Source: Vicugna vicugna (taxonomy: Eukaryota). Taken from it: a stretch of DNA of 64,000 bases. The notes beneath the pieces are model-generated. The model was not told the origin of the DNA, did not search any database, and was given only the letters and a program-made list of their open reading frames with translations. The DNA lies in assembly GCA_013265495.1 (NCBI GenBank), contig MU057880.1, positions 1,146,527 through 1,210,526 on the forward strand, written 5' to 3'. A program made the position numbers and the translations under genes. How positions within the stretch are numbered: position 1 is the first letter of the stretch; every line of letters starts with the position of its first letter. Shown piece by piece: positions 1 through 12,231 of the stretch.

Positions 1-269
1 TCTTCAACTCTCATCCAAAATGGTGGATGAATAAAAATATACTACCAAAAATTTCTCCATATCATATGATGTCATAGAACTTACTCTTTCCTTGGTGGGG
101 ATGGATTTTTTTTTACCTACCGAGTTCTTACTAGAGTCTAAATAAAAACAAGATTTGTTAAAGTTTTCTGGAGTCTATGCTTTGTTTTCTGGGTGAATGT
201 TCGTTTATGAACTGAAATCGATATTCAGACAGGTCAGGTCACGAAATCTCAGTGGAGAGATTGCCACGA

Positions 270-450
270 GCCAGGCACGCTCTTAACATCCTCACAAGTC
301 AGTGGTGTGGGCTCTATTATATCATTTTTATTCTTACAGATGAGAAAACGGAAGTCCAGGGACGTTAAGGAATTAACCCAAGGGCTTCAGGAAGAGGCTT
401 TGCATGAATCTCACGTGTTCTGATTAAAAAGCCCATTATTCTGACTCCAT
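270..450 (-). mobile_element. MIR SINE fragment
   Basis: Degenerate reverse complement of the MIR core (acagatgagaaaacggaagtccagggacgttaaggaattaacccaagg). Confidence 0.6.
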
Positions 451-896
451 TATATTGTGTTGGTTTGAGAATTGACTATACTTCAATAAAAGAAATACAA
501 TGTAAAAAGTAAAAATAAATAAAATACTATGTTAGTTTGGTATTCTCACTTCACTCTTTCATAGTAGAAAGGAAACTGTTAGTCTCTTACACTTGAGCTG
601 AATTTACTTGCTGACCAGCAGGACCAGTGAATTCTGAATTAATCTCAGATCAAGAGCCTTCTGCCCTCTTGGCTGTGTGATCACTTGAGAAAATTTCACT
701 GGGTTTCCCCTTTAGCAAGGGATCCAACAGACGTGACCATTTCTTCTTATTCAGCTATTCATAAATTATTCTAGAATAATATTCTTTTTTTTCATCTTGT
801 GACATATTTCTAAATGTCCATGGAGTCCACTCAAAGTAATGTATCTTTATTCCTATAGCAATATGCACATTTATTTCAACACAATCAAAAACTTTT

Positions 897-1031
897 ATTT
901 TCAATAACTTGTAATGACCTACAATGAAAAAGAATATGAAAAGGAATATATATATGTATAACTGAATCACTTTGCTGTGCACCAGAAACTAACACAACAT
1001 TGTAAAGCAACTATACTTCAATTAAAAAAAA
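897..1031 (+). mobile_element. L1 3' end fragment
   Basis: Typical L1 3' UTR end (gctgtgcaccagaaactaacacaacattgtaaagcaactatacttcaatt) followed by an A tail. Confidence 0.8.
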
Positions 1032-1038
1032 TGTATGT

Positions 1039-1280
1039 TGGGGGGTGGGAAGAGAAAAACTGGAAGTCTGAGATTTATAGATACTGACTGGCATGTATAA
1101 AATAGATAAACAAGCTTATACTGTACAGCACAGGGAAATATATTCAATATTTTGTAGTGGCTCACGATGAAAATGAGTATGTGTATATTACTGTATGACT
1201 GGAGAATTGTGCTGTACACCAGAAACTGACACAACATTGTAAACTGATTATACTTCAATTAAAAAAAAAAAGAAAAGTGA
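1039..1280 (+). mobile_element. Young L1 3' end inserted in the A-tail of the preceding L1
   Basis: L1 3' UTR plus poly-A, flanked by the direct repeat aaaaaaaatgtatgt at 1024-1038 and 1281-1295. Confidence 0.8.
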
Positions 1281-1304
1281 AAAAAAAATGTATGTGGGAA
1301 GCCA

Positions 1305-1645
1305 TCAGCTTGGGGTGCTGGAACAAAACCCACAGGCTGGGTGGCTTCACCAGCAGGCAGTTACTTCTCACGGTCTGGGGGCTGGGACATCTGGGATCAG
1401 GGTACCAGTATGGCCTTGGTGGTAGATGGTTGTCCTCTCTGTCCCCACATGGCAGGGACTGGAAGAGGCAGAGAGCTCTCCGGTGTCTCTTCTTCTAAGG
1501 GCACCAGTCCCGTCACGAGGGCCACCTTCCCACAACCTCATCTAAACCTAATTATCTTCCCAAAGTCTCATCTCTAAATAGCATCCTACTGAAGATTAGG
1601 GTTTCAATGTACACATTTTGGGGGGATACAGTCCAGTCCATAGCA
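1305..1645 (-). mobile_element. MaLR solo LTR (MLT1A-like)
   Basis: MLT1 hallmarks ggctgggtggctt...ttctcacggtctgggggctggg and terminal gggggatacagtccagtccatagca. Confidence 0.75.
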
Positions 1646-1811
1646 GTGCCTGTCTTGCCTCCTCAGCACGATCTTCTCAGAGACAACAACCTTGATTCAA
1701 TTCAAAGCATCTAGTTGACGTCTTAACAAGAATATAAAAAATAAATTTATTTTTTAACTTAAAATTTTAAAAAGATGAATCTGCTTTCTGATTTTTTTTT
1801 TTCAGTGAAGA

Positions 1812-2255
1812 TGTTGTGGAAGAATAGGTTCTTGCCTCGTGCAGGAAACAATTCAAGAGCAAGGCATGATAAAGTGAAAACAAGTTTATTAAGAAAGATA
1901 CACACTCCATAGACAGAGTGCCGGCTGTGTCACAAGGCAAAAGAGAGAGAGCGACCAAGAGGTGGGGGGTTGTTAGGTTTGATGGGTTCTGTAGTTTCAT
2001 ATGCTAATGAGTAGGAGGATTATTCTAACTACTTTGGGGAAGGGGCGAGGATTTCCAGGAAATGCTCCCCTCCGCCCACTTCTTGCCCTTTTATGGTCAG
2101 CCTAGGACCTGTCATGATGCCTGTGGGTGTGCATGAGGCTCAAGGTCTCCTGGAGGTCGAATCTTCTGCCATCTTGGTTTTAATCAGCGTGTCCTGTCCT
2201 CAATGGCTGTGTCATTCCTTCAGTGGTTGTGCCCTGCCCCTTTCCTCCCACTTCA
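1812..2255 (-). mobile_element. ERV1-type solo LTR
   Basis: TG...CA ends, tttatt (minus-strand poly-A signal) near the left end; U5-like segment resembles the LTRs at 52.6 and 61.5 kb. Confidence 0.7.
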
Positions 2256-2304
2256 AAAAGATTTCTCTTTATTCCGGTGCTGCTACAAATGGGGGGAGTG
2301 AGCC

Positions 2305-2598
2305 CAGTACCGCCCCCGACTCAGATAACAAAGTCCGCAGATGCTCAAGTCCTCATATAAAATGGCATAGGATTCGCATATAACCAAGCACATCCTCCCG
2401 TATCCTTTAAATCATCTCCAGATAACTTATCATACCTAATACAATGTAAATGCTATGTAAATAGTAGCCAATACACAGGGCAAATTCAAAGTCTTGCTTT
2501 TTGGAACCTTCGGGGACATTAAATTTTTTTGAGGCTTTTTGACGTGTGGTTGGTTGAATCCGTGGATGAGGAACCTGCGGATATGGAGCACTGATTGT
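2305..2598. mobile_element. TcMar-Tigger MITE (MER2-like)
   Basis: gatgctcaagtcctcatataaaatggc...cctaatacaatgtaaatgctatgtaaatagt...ggttgaatccgtggatgaggaacctgcggatatggag matches the recalled MER2 consensus. Confidence 0.8.
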
Positions 2599-4067
2599 GG
2601 TAAATTTGTTCTTATGTAAAATTTTGTGATCCGAATCTTTGTGATTTTCTCATTTACAGCACATCATAATAATATGAGACACACATTTCAAAAAGCAGTT
2701 GAGATCTCAGTGGTGCCTGTGGACAAAAGCAACCTGGATAAATGCCACATGGTAATATGACTTAAAAAAATAAAGAGAATACTCCACCAAAAATGATGTG
2801 GTGCTGGAAGAAAAAAGTCGTAATACAAAGCACAATCTAGCAATGGAGAATAGTGCCAGCCAGAGGATGGCTAACGAGTGTGGCAAATGGTAAAATTACT
2901 GATCACAAGTTAATCTGTCAAATATTTTCTTAGACGTCTTCTCCCCCTCCCCCTCCTCCTCTTTCTCCTCCTCTCCCTCCTTCTAAAGCCTTTAAAATAA
3001 TGCATGGATTCTGATTTTATTAGGATGTATCATGAAATTTAATAACAACTGCTTAAGCATGATGCAAACTCTGCCTTTGTATTACCCAGTATCACCTTCA
3101 TAGCTGCCCTTGAAACACGATTTTAAGGTGTCACAGAGGCTCAGGAATTTCTTTACTTGGCGCTGGTTCACAGATGGACTAGAGATGGACTATCCGCTCA
3201 GGCTTTTGACCCAGAAGCCCACGCCTTTAACCACCACAGTAGCATTGATTCATTCGGGTGTAAATACTTATTATTCAGGGGCAATCCCCAGGTTTCTGGG
3301 TAGAACTTGCAGGCACCGGGCCGTCCCCTCGCGTGAACTGACTGCCCAGTTCTCGACCACTGGCTGGCTCCATCTCATGGTCTGTCACTGTGAGAAACTG
3401 GTTGGTTACCCTGTTTCTCTGTCCAGATGAATTAGAATCTTTCACCCTTAGGACTGGTTGCAAATAGCAAATTTGAAACTAGAAAATATTAAGTATCCGA
3501 AGGCAAATGGTTTTGCTTATTCTGACTTGGAAACTGTTCTGGAACATATCTCTGAGTGACTAAGAGTTTTCCTTATTATGGGAGGATGGAAAATCTAAGG
3601 CATAAATTTAAGGCTGATTCTAATATCTATTGCATGTGGAAGAGGATGCCGAGTTTGACTTTCTTGTCTCAGAATCGTGGATGAAACCCAGAGCTGAGGA
3701 CACCAGGCACTAAGTCTTCCTCAGCCACTAGAAGCTGCCAGGGCTTACTAAGTGGCATTTGTCCTGACTGCTACCCCCAGTTACATCTCTCTCCCACCCA
3801 CCCCGGCCCCACCCCCGCTTCCTCTTGCTGTCCCCGAACTCGAGGGAGGGAGGATGTTCACAATTTACAGCTGGAGGTTCCTCCCTTCCCTGCCCTTGGA
3901 GGAGGAGACAATGATGCATTTCCACCCACGGTGCCAAGTGAATCAGCCTCAATAAAATCCTCATGAAGACTGGGGTGTCTTGAAAAAGGGGAGACTGACA
4001 CCTTGTTCCTCTGGATATTTACTTAGCTGCAGAATCTGCAGGCTTATTTCACTGCTAAAAGTCTGAG

Positions 4068-4597
4068 TGCTTTTGGAAGATACCAGAATATGACACCCCA
4101 AATATACTACTTTGGCATAAGGGTTATTTTGAGCTGAAGGCGACTGGGAATCAACACGTGCAGGGAGAATTTGCTCTCCTCCCCTCATCAGCCTACAGGG
4201 CATAAACTTCCCTTTGAGGGAGGTGTCCCTGCCAACCCTGCACCGGGATGAGAAGAATAACTCTTATCACCAAAGATGGGAAGTTGATACCAAGATGAGT
4301 TTGCATAAACAATCTTACTGAAGTAGCATCTTTCATTAGTTCCCCCATTTATTTCCTAGTCATTTCCCTGTAATTTATTGCCCCTAGAGGCCCAAACCCT
4401 CTTTCTATTGTTAAAAGGATAGATGAACCTCCTCCTGAGTCTAAACACTTCTTTTCTGTGAACTCCTCTGTACATAAATATTAATACAAACTGTGTGTCT
4501 TTTCTCCTGTTACACCTGTCTTTTGTTAGATTAATTCACAGCCCCCAGGGACAGAACCGAAGTGGGTAGCAGAAAGGTTTCCCCCACCCCTCCAACA
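4068..4597 (+). mobile_element. ERV1 solo LTR (MER34/MER39-like)
   Basis: ccagaatatgacaccccaaatatactactttggcataagggttattttgagctgaaggc start; ttttctcctgtta...ctgtcttttgt U5; ends ...ccaaca. Confidence 0.7.
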
Positions 4598-5371
4598 CTT
4601 TTCTTTTCAGTTCTCCTCCCTCACTATGGGCAAGAAGAGGGAAGTGCTTGACTATGTCTCTTGATGTTGGAAGACACGTCATGGGGACTTTGAAGAAGAC
4701 AAGTTAGCCCTTGGAGAGGCCGTGGAGATTGGGAGTATTTCAGATTCGGAGAAATCCAATGTGAAACTTCACATGTACATCACCTGTGGAGAGGCAGCCC
4801 CATAAGGAGGGGCCTCCAGGATCAGGAGGAATCAGCCTAAAGTAGTAGAGCAGGGACGCTCCCAACCAACACTGCAGAGACAGCCACATACGACTGCTGT
4901 CACCCTCACCCCCATTTCCATTTTGTTGTCACATCAGAGTAGCATATAAGAAGGAGACCGGGAGGGTCTCAGGGACAAGCCACACGCCCCTCCACTTCAA
5001 AGACTAAAGCTTGTGTGGGTGGGGGGAGAGGGTACGAGAGGGCAAGGGTTCTGAGTCACGTGTGAGATGGAAGTTTTAAGCAAATGAACGGCATCAAGTC
5101 CTAATTCCTGGAAGAGAGATTGTTTCAGTAACTGAAAATGGCTATGGAATTAAGATACTGCTAAGGTAGCCATCACCCAGCTGGAGAAGAAAATTTGATC
5201 CCATATTGCTGGTGGGCGGAGTTGGAAGGAAAAGGTCATCTTGTAATTAAATTCCAACAAATTGAGATTCCTCAATCAGCAAGGATGTTTATAAACAAAT
5301 TGTTTTTCCCAGCCAGTCTCCATGAAATTTTCTTTATGGGCAAGGTTTCAGTGACTTTGTAAGTTATCCAG

Positions 5372-5530
5372 ACCACCGATGCCCAAAAGAACTGCCTGTG
5401 ATGAAAATGTTCTGAATACATGCTGTCCAATATGGTACCCAGTAGACACATGTGGCCACTGGGCATTTGCTATGTGGTTTCTGACAGTGAGGAGCTGAAC
5501 TTTTCATTTTGTTTATTTGGAATTGATTTT
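5372..5530. mobile_element. hAT-Charlie MITE (MER3-like)
   Basis: gtgatgaaaatgttctg...tgctgtccaatatggtacccagtagacacatgtggccactgggcattt. Confidence 0.7.
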
Positions 5531-5762
5531 GATTTGTTTAAATATAGATGATACCATGTTACTAGTATCTAAAGCATAAAACAGACTCTTGAACAAGAAC
5601 TGGGGTAGAGGCAAGGGTAAGGAAAAGGAAAGTTGTGTTGATAAGTGTTTTTCTTTTCCTGTGAAATCATTTATTCTTTCTCTAGAGGGTAGTATAGAAG
5701 CATCAATGTGTACTCACTTGACTGGGACTTGTTTTAATCCAATTTGAAGGAAATCTTTACAG

Positions 5763-6012
5763 TTTTTTTTAACTTTTTTTAAATTGAGTTATAGTCATTT
5801 TACAATGTTGTGTCAAATTCCAGTGTAGAGCACAATTTTTCAGTTATACATGAACATACATATATTCATTGTCACATTCTCTTTCCCTGTGAGCCACCAC
5901 AAGATCTTGTGTATATTTCCCTGTGCCACACAGGGTCATCTTGTTTACCTATTCTACATATGCCTGTCTGCATCTACAAATTTCGAACTCCCAGTCTGTT
6001 CTTTCCCCTTTA
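5763..6012 (-). mobile_element. Young L1 3' end fragment
   Basis: T-run, then aattgagttatagtcattttacaatgttgtgtcaaattccagtgtagagca (reverse complement of the L1 3' end). Confidence 0.8.
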
Positions 6013-6579
6013 CTAATTTTTTTTAAAATAAATCTCATGTTTAATGACTCATTTGTTAACTTCAGTGTTGAAAGAATGGAATGCTTGGATTCAAGTCTGC
6101 AAGAAACAGCCATAGAAAATCTTTATTCAAAGATTATTTCCCCACTGGTTATTTTTTCCAGAAATGTTTGCTTTGACCTTAGAGTAAGGTTAAAAGTCAT
6201 TGCTTCTCTCTTAAGTTTCTCCTGTTCCTCAATATTGCTGTCTTTCAGTTTGGCTGTTTAGATCAAAAAAGAGATAAACCAAGGAGTGAAGGAAGCCAAG
6301 ACAGCAAAGGACCTTTCCAGTGCTGGAGAAATCGTCGTGATGGTCCAGCCAAAACCGAGGTGGATACGATGCTGTTCTGATCCACTTTCCAACAGAGATA
6401 AAAGAAGCTAGGTTCTGCTCTCTCTTCTTAGGAACATAAACCAATAGTCTGATTATTGTTGTTATTTAGATTAATTGGATGTGTTTCCTTTTGTTACAGC
6501 AAACAGAAGAGCAGACAGACTTCCCTGTACTGACGACGCGGTGGTACTAGCATGAGTTAGAAGGGGCCCTTCTTCTCCA

Positions 6580-6678
6580 TTTTTTTTTCTTTCCCTTTTT
6601 AGTGGAGATGCTGGAGATTGAACCCAGGACCTCAAGCATGCTAAGCGTGTGCTCTACCACTGAGCTATACCTTCCCCC
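6580..6678 (-). mobile_element. tRNA-Ala-derived SINE (camelid Vic-1-like)
   Basis: Reverse complement GGGGAAGGTATAGCTCAGTGGTAGAGCACACGCTTAGCATGCTTGAGGTCCTGGGTTCAATCTCCAGCATCTCCA plus A-rich tail; pol III A and B boxes present. Confidence 0.85.
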
Positions 6679-6958
6679 AGAGATAGGAAACAAACTTACG
6701 GTGAAGGCGGTGGGAAGGAGTAAATTAGGAGCTTGGAATTAGCAGACACACACTACTATATATAAAATAGATAAACAACAAGGTCCTACTGTACAGCACA
6801 GGGAACTATACTCAATATCTCATAGTAATCTATAATGGAGAAGAATATGAAAACAAATATTTGTATGTATATGGATGACTGAAACTTGATGCTGTACACC
6901 AGACATTAATGCAACATTGTAAACTGACTTTATTTCAGTACAAATAAAGTTTAAAAAA
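6679..6958 (+). mobile_element. L1 3' end fragment
   Basis: aaacaaacttacggt...tatataaaatagataaacaacaaggtcctactgtacagcacagggaactata...gctgtacaccaga...A tail. Confidence 0.85.
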
Positions 6959-9900
6959 TAGAAGGAGCTCTTCTCCTGGACTGCCCACAATTGATAAGAG
7001 AACTACAGTAGGTATGCTTGGCTGACGAAGTCCAACACCCAAGTATGAATGCTTTGAATATTTTTACCCAGCAGCTTGGCGCTACATTTTGTAGTGAACT
7101 CCTGGTTGGCTCGGCAGGAAGAATCTGTGCTCAGAAACAGCTGTTATCAGCAGGGGTCCCAACAAATCTGCCAGGCTGCTTTTACTCCTGAACGGGAATG
7201 CCTTGAGGCGAGCATCTCCAGTTTGCCCCTGTTCACGCCTGGCCCCATCACCTGTTTGGTGTCATCTGAGGGGCTTCCGCATTGGCAACCTTCATTCTAC
7301 CCAAACTATCCTGAAATTCTTCCTGCCAAGGAGGCTCACTGGCAACCTTAGCTGCCCTTAAACATTTCCAGTCCCAGTCACCTACATCCTGCTCTACAGG
7401 GCTCCATTTCGTGGTAACGTTGTAAGCTTCTGAACAAATCCAAAGATTTGGGGTGGACGTTTATCCTGCTGTCAGGCGGTCTGGGGTCCCCAGATATTTA
7501 ACTCCCATCAATCCATGATTAAAATGAGAGATGCTGGAAAGAAGCCACAGATGGCACCATGCAGGTCAGTTCCTCTGGGTTCTACCCTTGCAGCAAGTTA
7601 GATGAAACGCCATTGACCTGGACTATATTAACTTTTCCTATAAAAATGTATTTCCTGAAATAAAATGTAATATTGTGCCCTTGGCTTTATGAATAAGAAA
7701 ATTTCATCGATCAAAGTCTTTATCAAAACACACATGGGTTACAGGTTTTATCCCTGTTGCCAGATCAGAAATTTGACTCTCTTGAATTGATATACTTCTT
7801 CTTACTCCACTTGTAATTGTTTTTTTCATCTTGGCTCTAAGAATTTGAGAATTAATGCTCCTCTCTCTCCGTGGGGTTTCTTGCCTCTCTTTCACTTTTA
7901 ATGGTTTTCTGTATGCACGCGTATAAATTGGCTTGGAATTGGTTTTCAAGGACCTTCCGAAAGCATATGGCTTAAAAAATGCAAACAAATCATTAAACAT
8001 GAACGTCATTACAGTCAAATATGCCAATGGCTTTTAAAGAGTTGATCACTCTTGTCTTACTCTTTATCTCTATTTTAAACAGGAAAAAGTATGGAAAAAT
8101 CTAATGTTTTAAATAATTTTCTTAGGGAAATAACGAAAGTGGTATGCAAAAACTTAGCACAAGAAGCAGTCCTTGAAATGCTGTTTGTAATAACAAAATG
8201 AGGACATATCTATCTGTATTTATAAAAATACTGGCAATTTGCTAAAGAAATTCATGGATGTCTATCCATGCAGTGGAACATTACCCAGCTATTTGAAAAG
8301 AGGTTGCTGTCCAAGTATTTGTTAGATGAAAGTTGTTTAGAATATTGTGATTCAAAACATATATATCTATAGTGTTAGAATTTTTTTAGTGCACAGAAAA
8401 ATCTGGAATTATGTATACCAACGCATTAACCATGATTGCTCTGGGAAATTGGATTATAAATTGGAATGATATGTATTTCAAATATGTTTCATTTTTGCTT
8501 ATTTGTGTCTTTTTTTTTTTACTCTCTGTAATAAACATGTCTTATTTTAAATAAAAGCTAATAGACTTCAAATTAAAAACAGAGCCTGTGGTTTGAGATT
8601 TTATTATCCTGAGTGTTTGAAATGGCAGAGGGACGTGACCAGTGGATTCAGTGATCTACAGCCATCTGTTGCAGGAACACCAGGCCCAGAGAGGAACTTC
8701 AAAGAGCAGCTCCCAGATGAGCCCCAACTGGTCCTTTGATGTGCAGTGTAGCGTCCTCTATGCACCGTTTAACTGCTCTTGGTTAGTGGCTGCTGCCAAG
8801 AAGACAGGATTAGGGACCTACCTGCTCAGTAAACTAGCTTTGATTTAGTAGAGGTGGAGATCAAGGGATTTGTTAATAGATGTGATCCAGAAAGGTCTGT
8901 TGTCCTCGTTTTTGACATTTCTGAGAGATTTTTCAGAAAGGCTATAGCACACAATAATTCAGCTCGTGTCCTTAAGATCCATCCGCTTTTAAAATACAGG
9001 CACTTGTGGACTTGGAATGAGGGGATTTCATAGTACCTGGGGAAAAAAAACCTGGTGCCTAGCAGAATAGCAGGCAGAGCCCAAGTTGCCCTGTTGTTAC
9101 AAGCTAGTCCTTCAAAGCTATCCACTGACATCTTTTATTCTTTTTCACTTCTTTCTGATTCTTTTAAAGCGTGGGGAATGTTCTAAGTTCCCTGCATCCA
9201 CTTCTCCATGAGACAGTTTGCACTGACATCTGAGGCTTCCGTTTCAAGAACAGAGTCACTTTTAAACAACGGGTGTCTTGTCCTTTTCCAGCTAATCCTG
9301 ACTCGGTCCTTTGGAACACCTGAAAGGGACGTTTGGCCCATCGTCTGGAAATAAAACATTATCGGGCTCACGGGTGGTGTCTGACTGATGTGCAGGGTGT
9401 GAAAGCAAAGGTAGCTATTTGGAGAACGGCTCTGTTCTGGGGAAGAGCGGGAGAAATGTTCTCAAAGCTGTGGGTGCCCTCTCTCTATGGGCTTAGGGAG
9501 CCACAAATCAGAGCAGTGGGTCTCATGGTCACTTCAGCTGCAACCTCACTTGGAAAAATCTCTGTCTGCATCTGTTCCCAATAGGACGATTAAAGTCCAC
9601 CTCCACAGTTGGTGTTATTGTATCTGGTCTTCTGCAAGCTGAAGAGACTGCGTCTTATTTCGATTTTTATTACCAATAGTGCCTAAAATAGGACTTTTCA
9701 CATTGTTCATACAAAAATCCTGCGCTTATAGAATTGACTCAGTATTTTTCATCTTTTTAAGCTAATGAATAAAACTTATCAGCTAAAAAAAAGTCACTGG
9801 CTCAAAGTCATAAGGAAAGAAAGTCTATATAAATTTGACAAACTTGATAGAATGACGCTTCCTTGAGACAGCTCACTGTAGTCTCTGTCGTTGATGCTCT

Positions 9901-10109
9901 CATATCAAAAGTCTAAGTATGGAAACCCCTCGCCAGAGATTGGTTTAGGAAAAAGCATATGATCTCATGTGACTTAATAAGACACAAGGAGAGTCAGTTA
10001 ATGTTCTTTGCGGAAGAAAAATATTTAACATTTTTAAGAAGAAGGTATACTAAGAGATGGTTCATTTCATTCTTGGACATAATTATATTTATTTATGATA
10101 AATAAGAAA

Positions 10110-11060
10110 CTTTCATCGGGTTAATAACATTTCATTCTACAGATATAACATTTCTGTTTATTCATTAAAATCAGTTACTAGACATTTGGTTGTTTCCACT
10201 TTTGGGCTATTATGAACAATGCTACCATAAATATTCATGTGACTATTATTCATGTGAAAATTAATGCTTTCTTTTTTATTATACACATAACATTATATTA
10301 GTTTCAGGTATACAACATAAAGATTCAATATTTGTATATACTGCAAAATAATCAACAGGTCAACAACTTAACATCCATCACCATGTTCAGTTACAATTTT
10401 TTTTTCCTGTGTAATGAAACCTGTTGTCTGCCCCCTTTGCAACTTTCATTTATATAATACGGTATTATTAACTGTAGTCACCATGCTGTGACTCCTTGAC
10501 TTATTTATTTTACAACTGGAAGTTTGCGCCTTTTGACACCTCCCTTCACTCATTTTGCTCACTGTCCACCCCAAGGTCCATCCATGTTATTGCAAATGGC
10601 AAGATTTCCTTCATTTTATGGCTGAATAAATTATTTTCTTTATCCATTCATCTATTGATGGAGTTTAGTTTGCTTCCATATCTTGGCTATTTGTAAATAA
10701 TGCTGAAATGAACATAGGGGTACATATATCTTTTTAAGTTAGTGTTTTCATTTATTTTGGATATATATCCAGAAGTGGAAATACCAGATCATATAGCAGT
10801 TCTATTTTTAATTTTTTGAGGAACCTCCATACTGTTTTCCGTAGTGGTTGTACCAATTAACATTCCCACCAACAGTGCACAAGGGTTCCCTTTTCTCCAC
10901 ACCCTGTCCAACAGATGTTCCTTGCCTTTTTGATAAAAAGCCATTCTGACGGGTGTGAGGTGCTGTCTCCTTGTGGTTGTGACTTGCATCTCCCCGATGA
11001 TGAGCGACAACGAGCATCTTTTCATGTGCCTGCTGGGCATCTGTATGTCTTCTGGACATT
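10110..11060 (-). mobile_element. L1 (L1MA/L1MB-like) 3' UTR and ORF2 C-terminal fragments
   Basis: Minus ORF 10789-11040 ([30 protein letters not shown]...TLCTVGGNVNWYNHYGKQYGGSSK across frames) is the L1 ORF2 C-terminus; 3' UTR lies to the left. Confidence 0.9.
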
Positions 11061-11356
11061 ATCATATCCAGGTGTGACACTTGGAACTCCTGGAGTTACT
11101 TGGGGCCACGTGGGCCCCACCTAAGGGCAAAGACAACACATGGAGGCTCACATGGAGGTAAAAATAAAGTGGGTCTTTGATGACTTCATTGAATCACTGC
11201 ATCAAACAAACTTGTAGGCTGTACTCCCTCAGAAACTCTTTTCATGTGACACCATATATTTCCTTATTGATTAAGCCAATTTGTATTTGTTATTTTTTGT
11301 TATGTGTAATTAAATGCATCTTAACACACCCTCTACTGTCATCTCAAGAAATCTGG

Positions 11357-12231
11357 GGGAGGAGATCAGAAGACATCTGTGTGTGTTTGTCACTGAAAAC
11401 AAACTGGAGACGGGCAGAAAGACTTCTACAATCCAGGCTGTGAAGAAAAGGAGTTGGGTAGGAAAGGAGGAGAAGCGATCGGGTCAAGACCGCTGGGGCA
11501 CAGAAGAGGAGGGGGATTACATGGGCTTGGAGGTCCCCCTTGAGGAGTGAGGGGTTCAAACCACACATTGGGCATCCCAGGCTTGGAGTCTGACACCAGG
11601 AAGATGAGTCCCCTTAGCTGGTTTGAAAAGCAGTGGGACTTTCAAGAGGCTGTAAGAAACCTAGACTCTGCTTGCTTACTCCTGGGAACGAGGCAGAGGA
11701 AGCAGACTGAAGCTGTCCGGGGCTCTGATCAGTTTCCTGCAACAGCCCCAAGTGTGTTCCAGTCTGAGCCAAGAGCCTGCCCCAATCCCCCAGATCTGGA
11801 GCAGCTCCCCACTGGGACAAAGGCTGCTGCCATCGAGGGGGGTGTGCACGTGGGGGGATGGAGTTAGCTCGGACCCTGCACTGCAACTGAATAGCGTGGT
11901 ATAAATGAATACAACAAAACAGAAACAAACTCGCAGACACAGAGAACAAACCAGTGGTTACCAGCAAGAAGAGGGAAAGGGGGAGGGACAAGATAGAGGT
12001 AGGGAACTGAGAGGTACAAATTACTGTGTATGAAATAGATAAGCTACAAGGATACACTGTAAAGCACAGGGAACAGAGCCAAGATTTTATAACTTTAAAT
12101 GGAGTGTCATCTATAATAATATCGAATCACTATATTGTACAGCTGAAAGTAATACAATATTGTAAATCAATTATACTTCAATCAAAAAAACTACAAAAGA
12201 ATAAAATATCCTTTCCACCAAAAAAAAAAAA
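11357..12231 (+). mobile_element. Internally deleted L1: 5' UTR fused to 3' UTR
   Basis: 11357-11895 resembles an L1 5' UTR (cactgaaaacaaactggag...gagaagcgatcggg...gatgagtcccctt); 11900-12231 is an L1 3' UTR with poly-A; near-TSD aagaaatctgg / aagaaattctgg. Confidence 0.65.
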
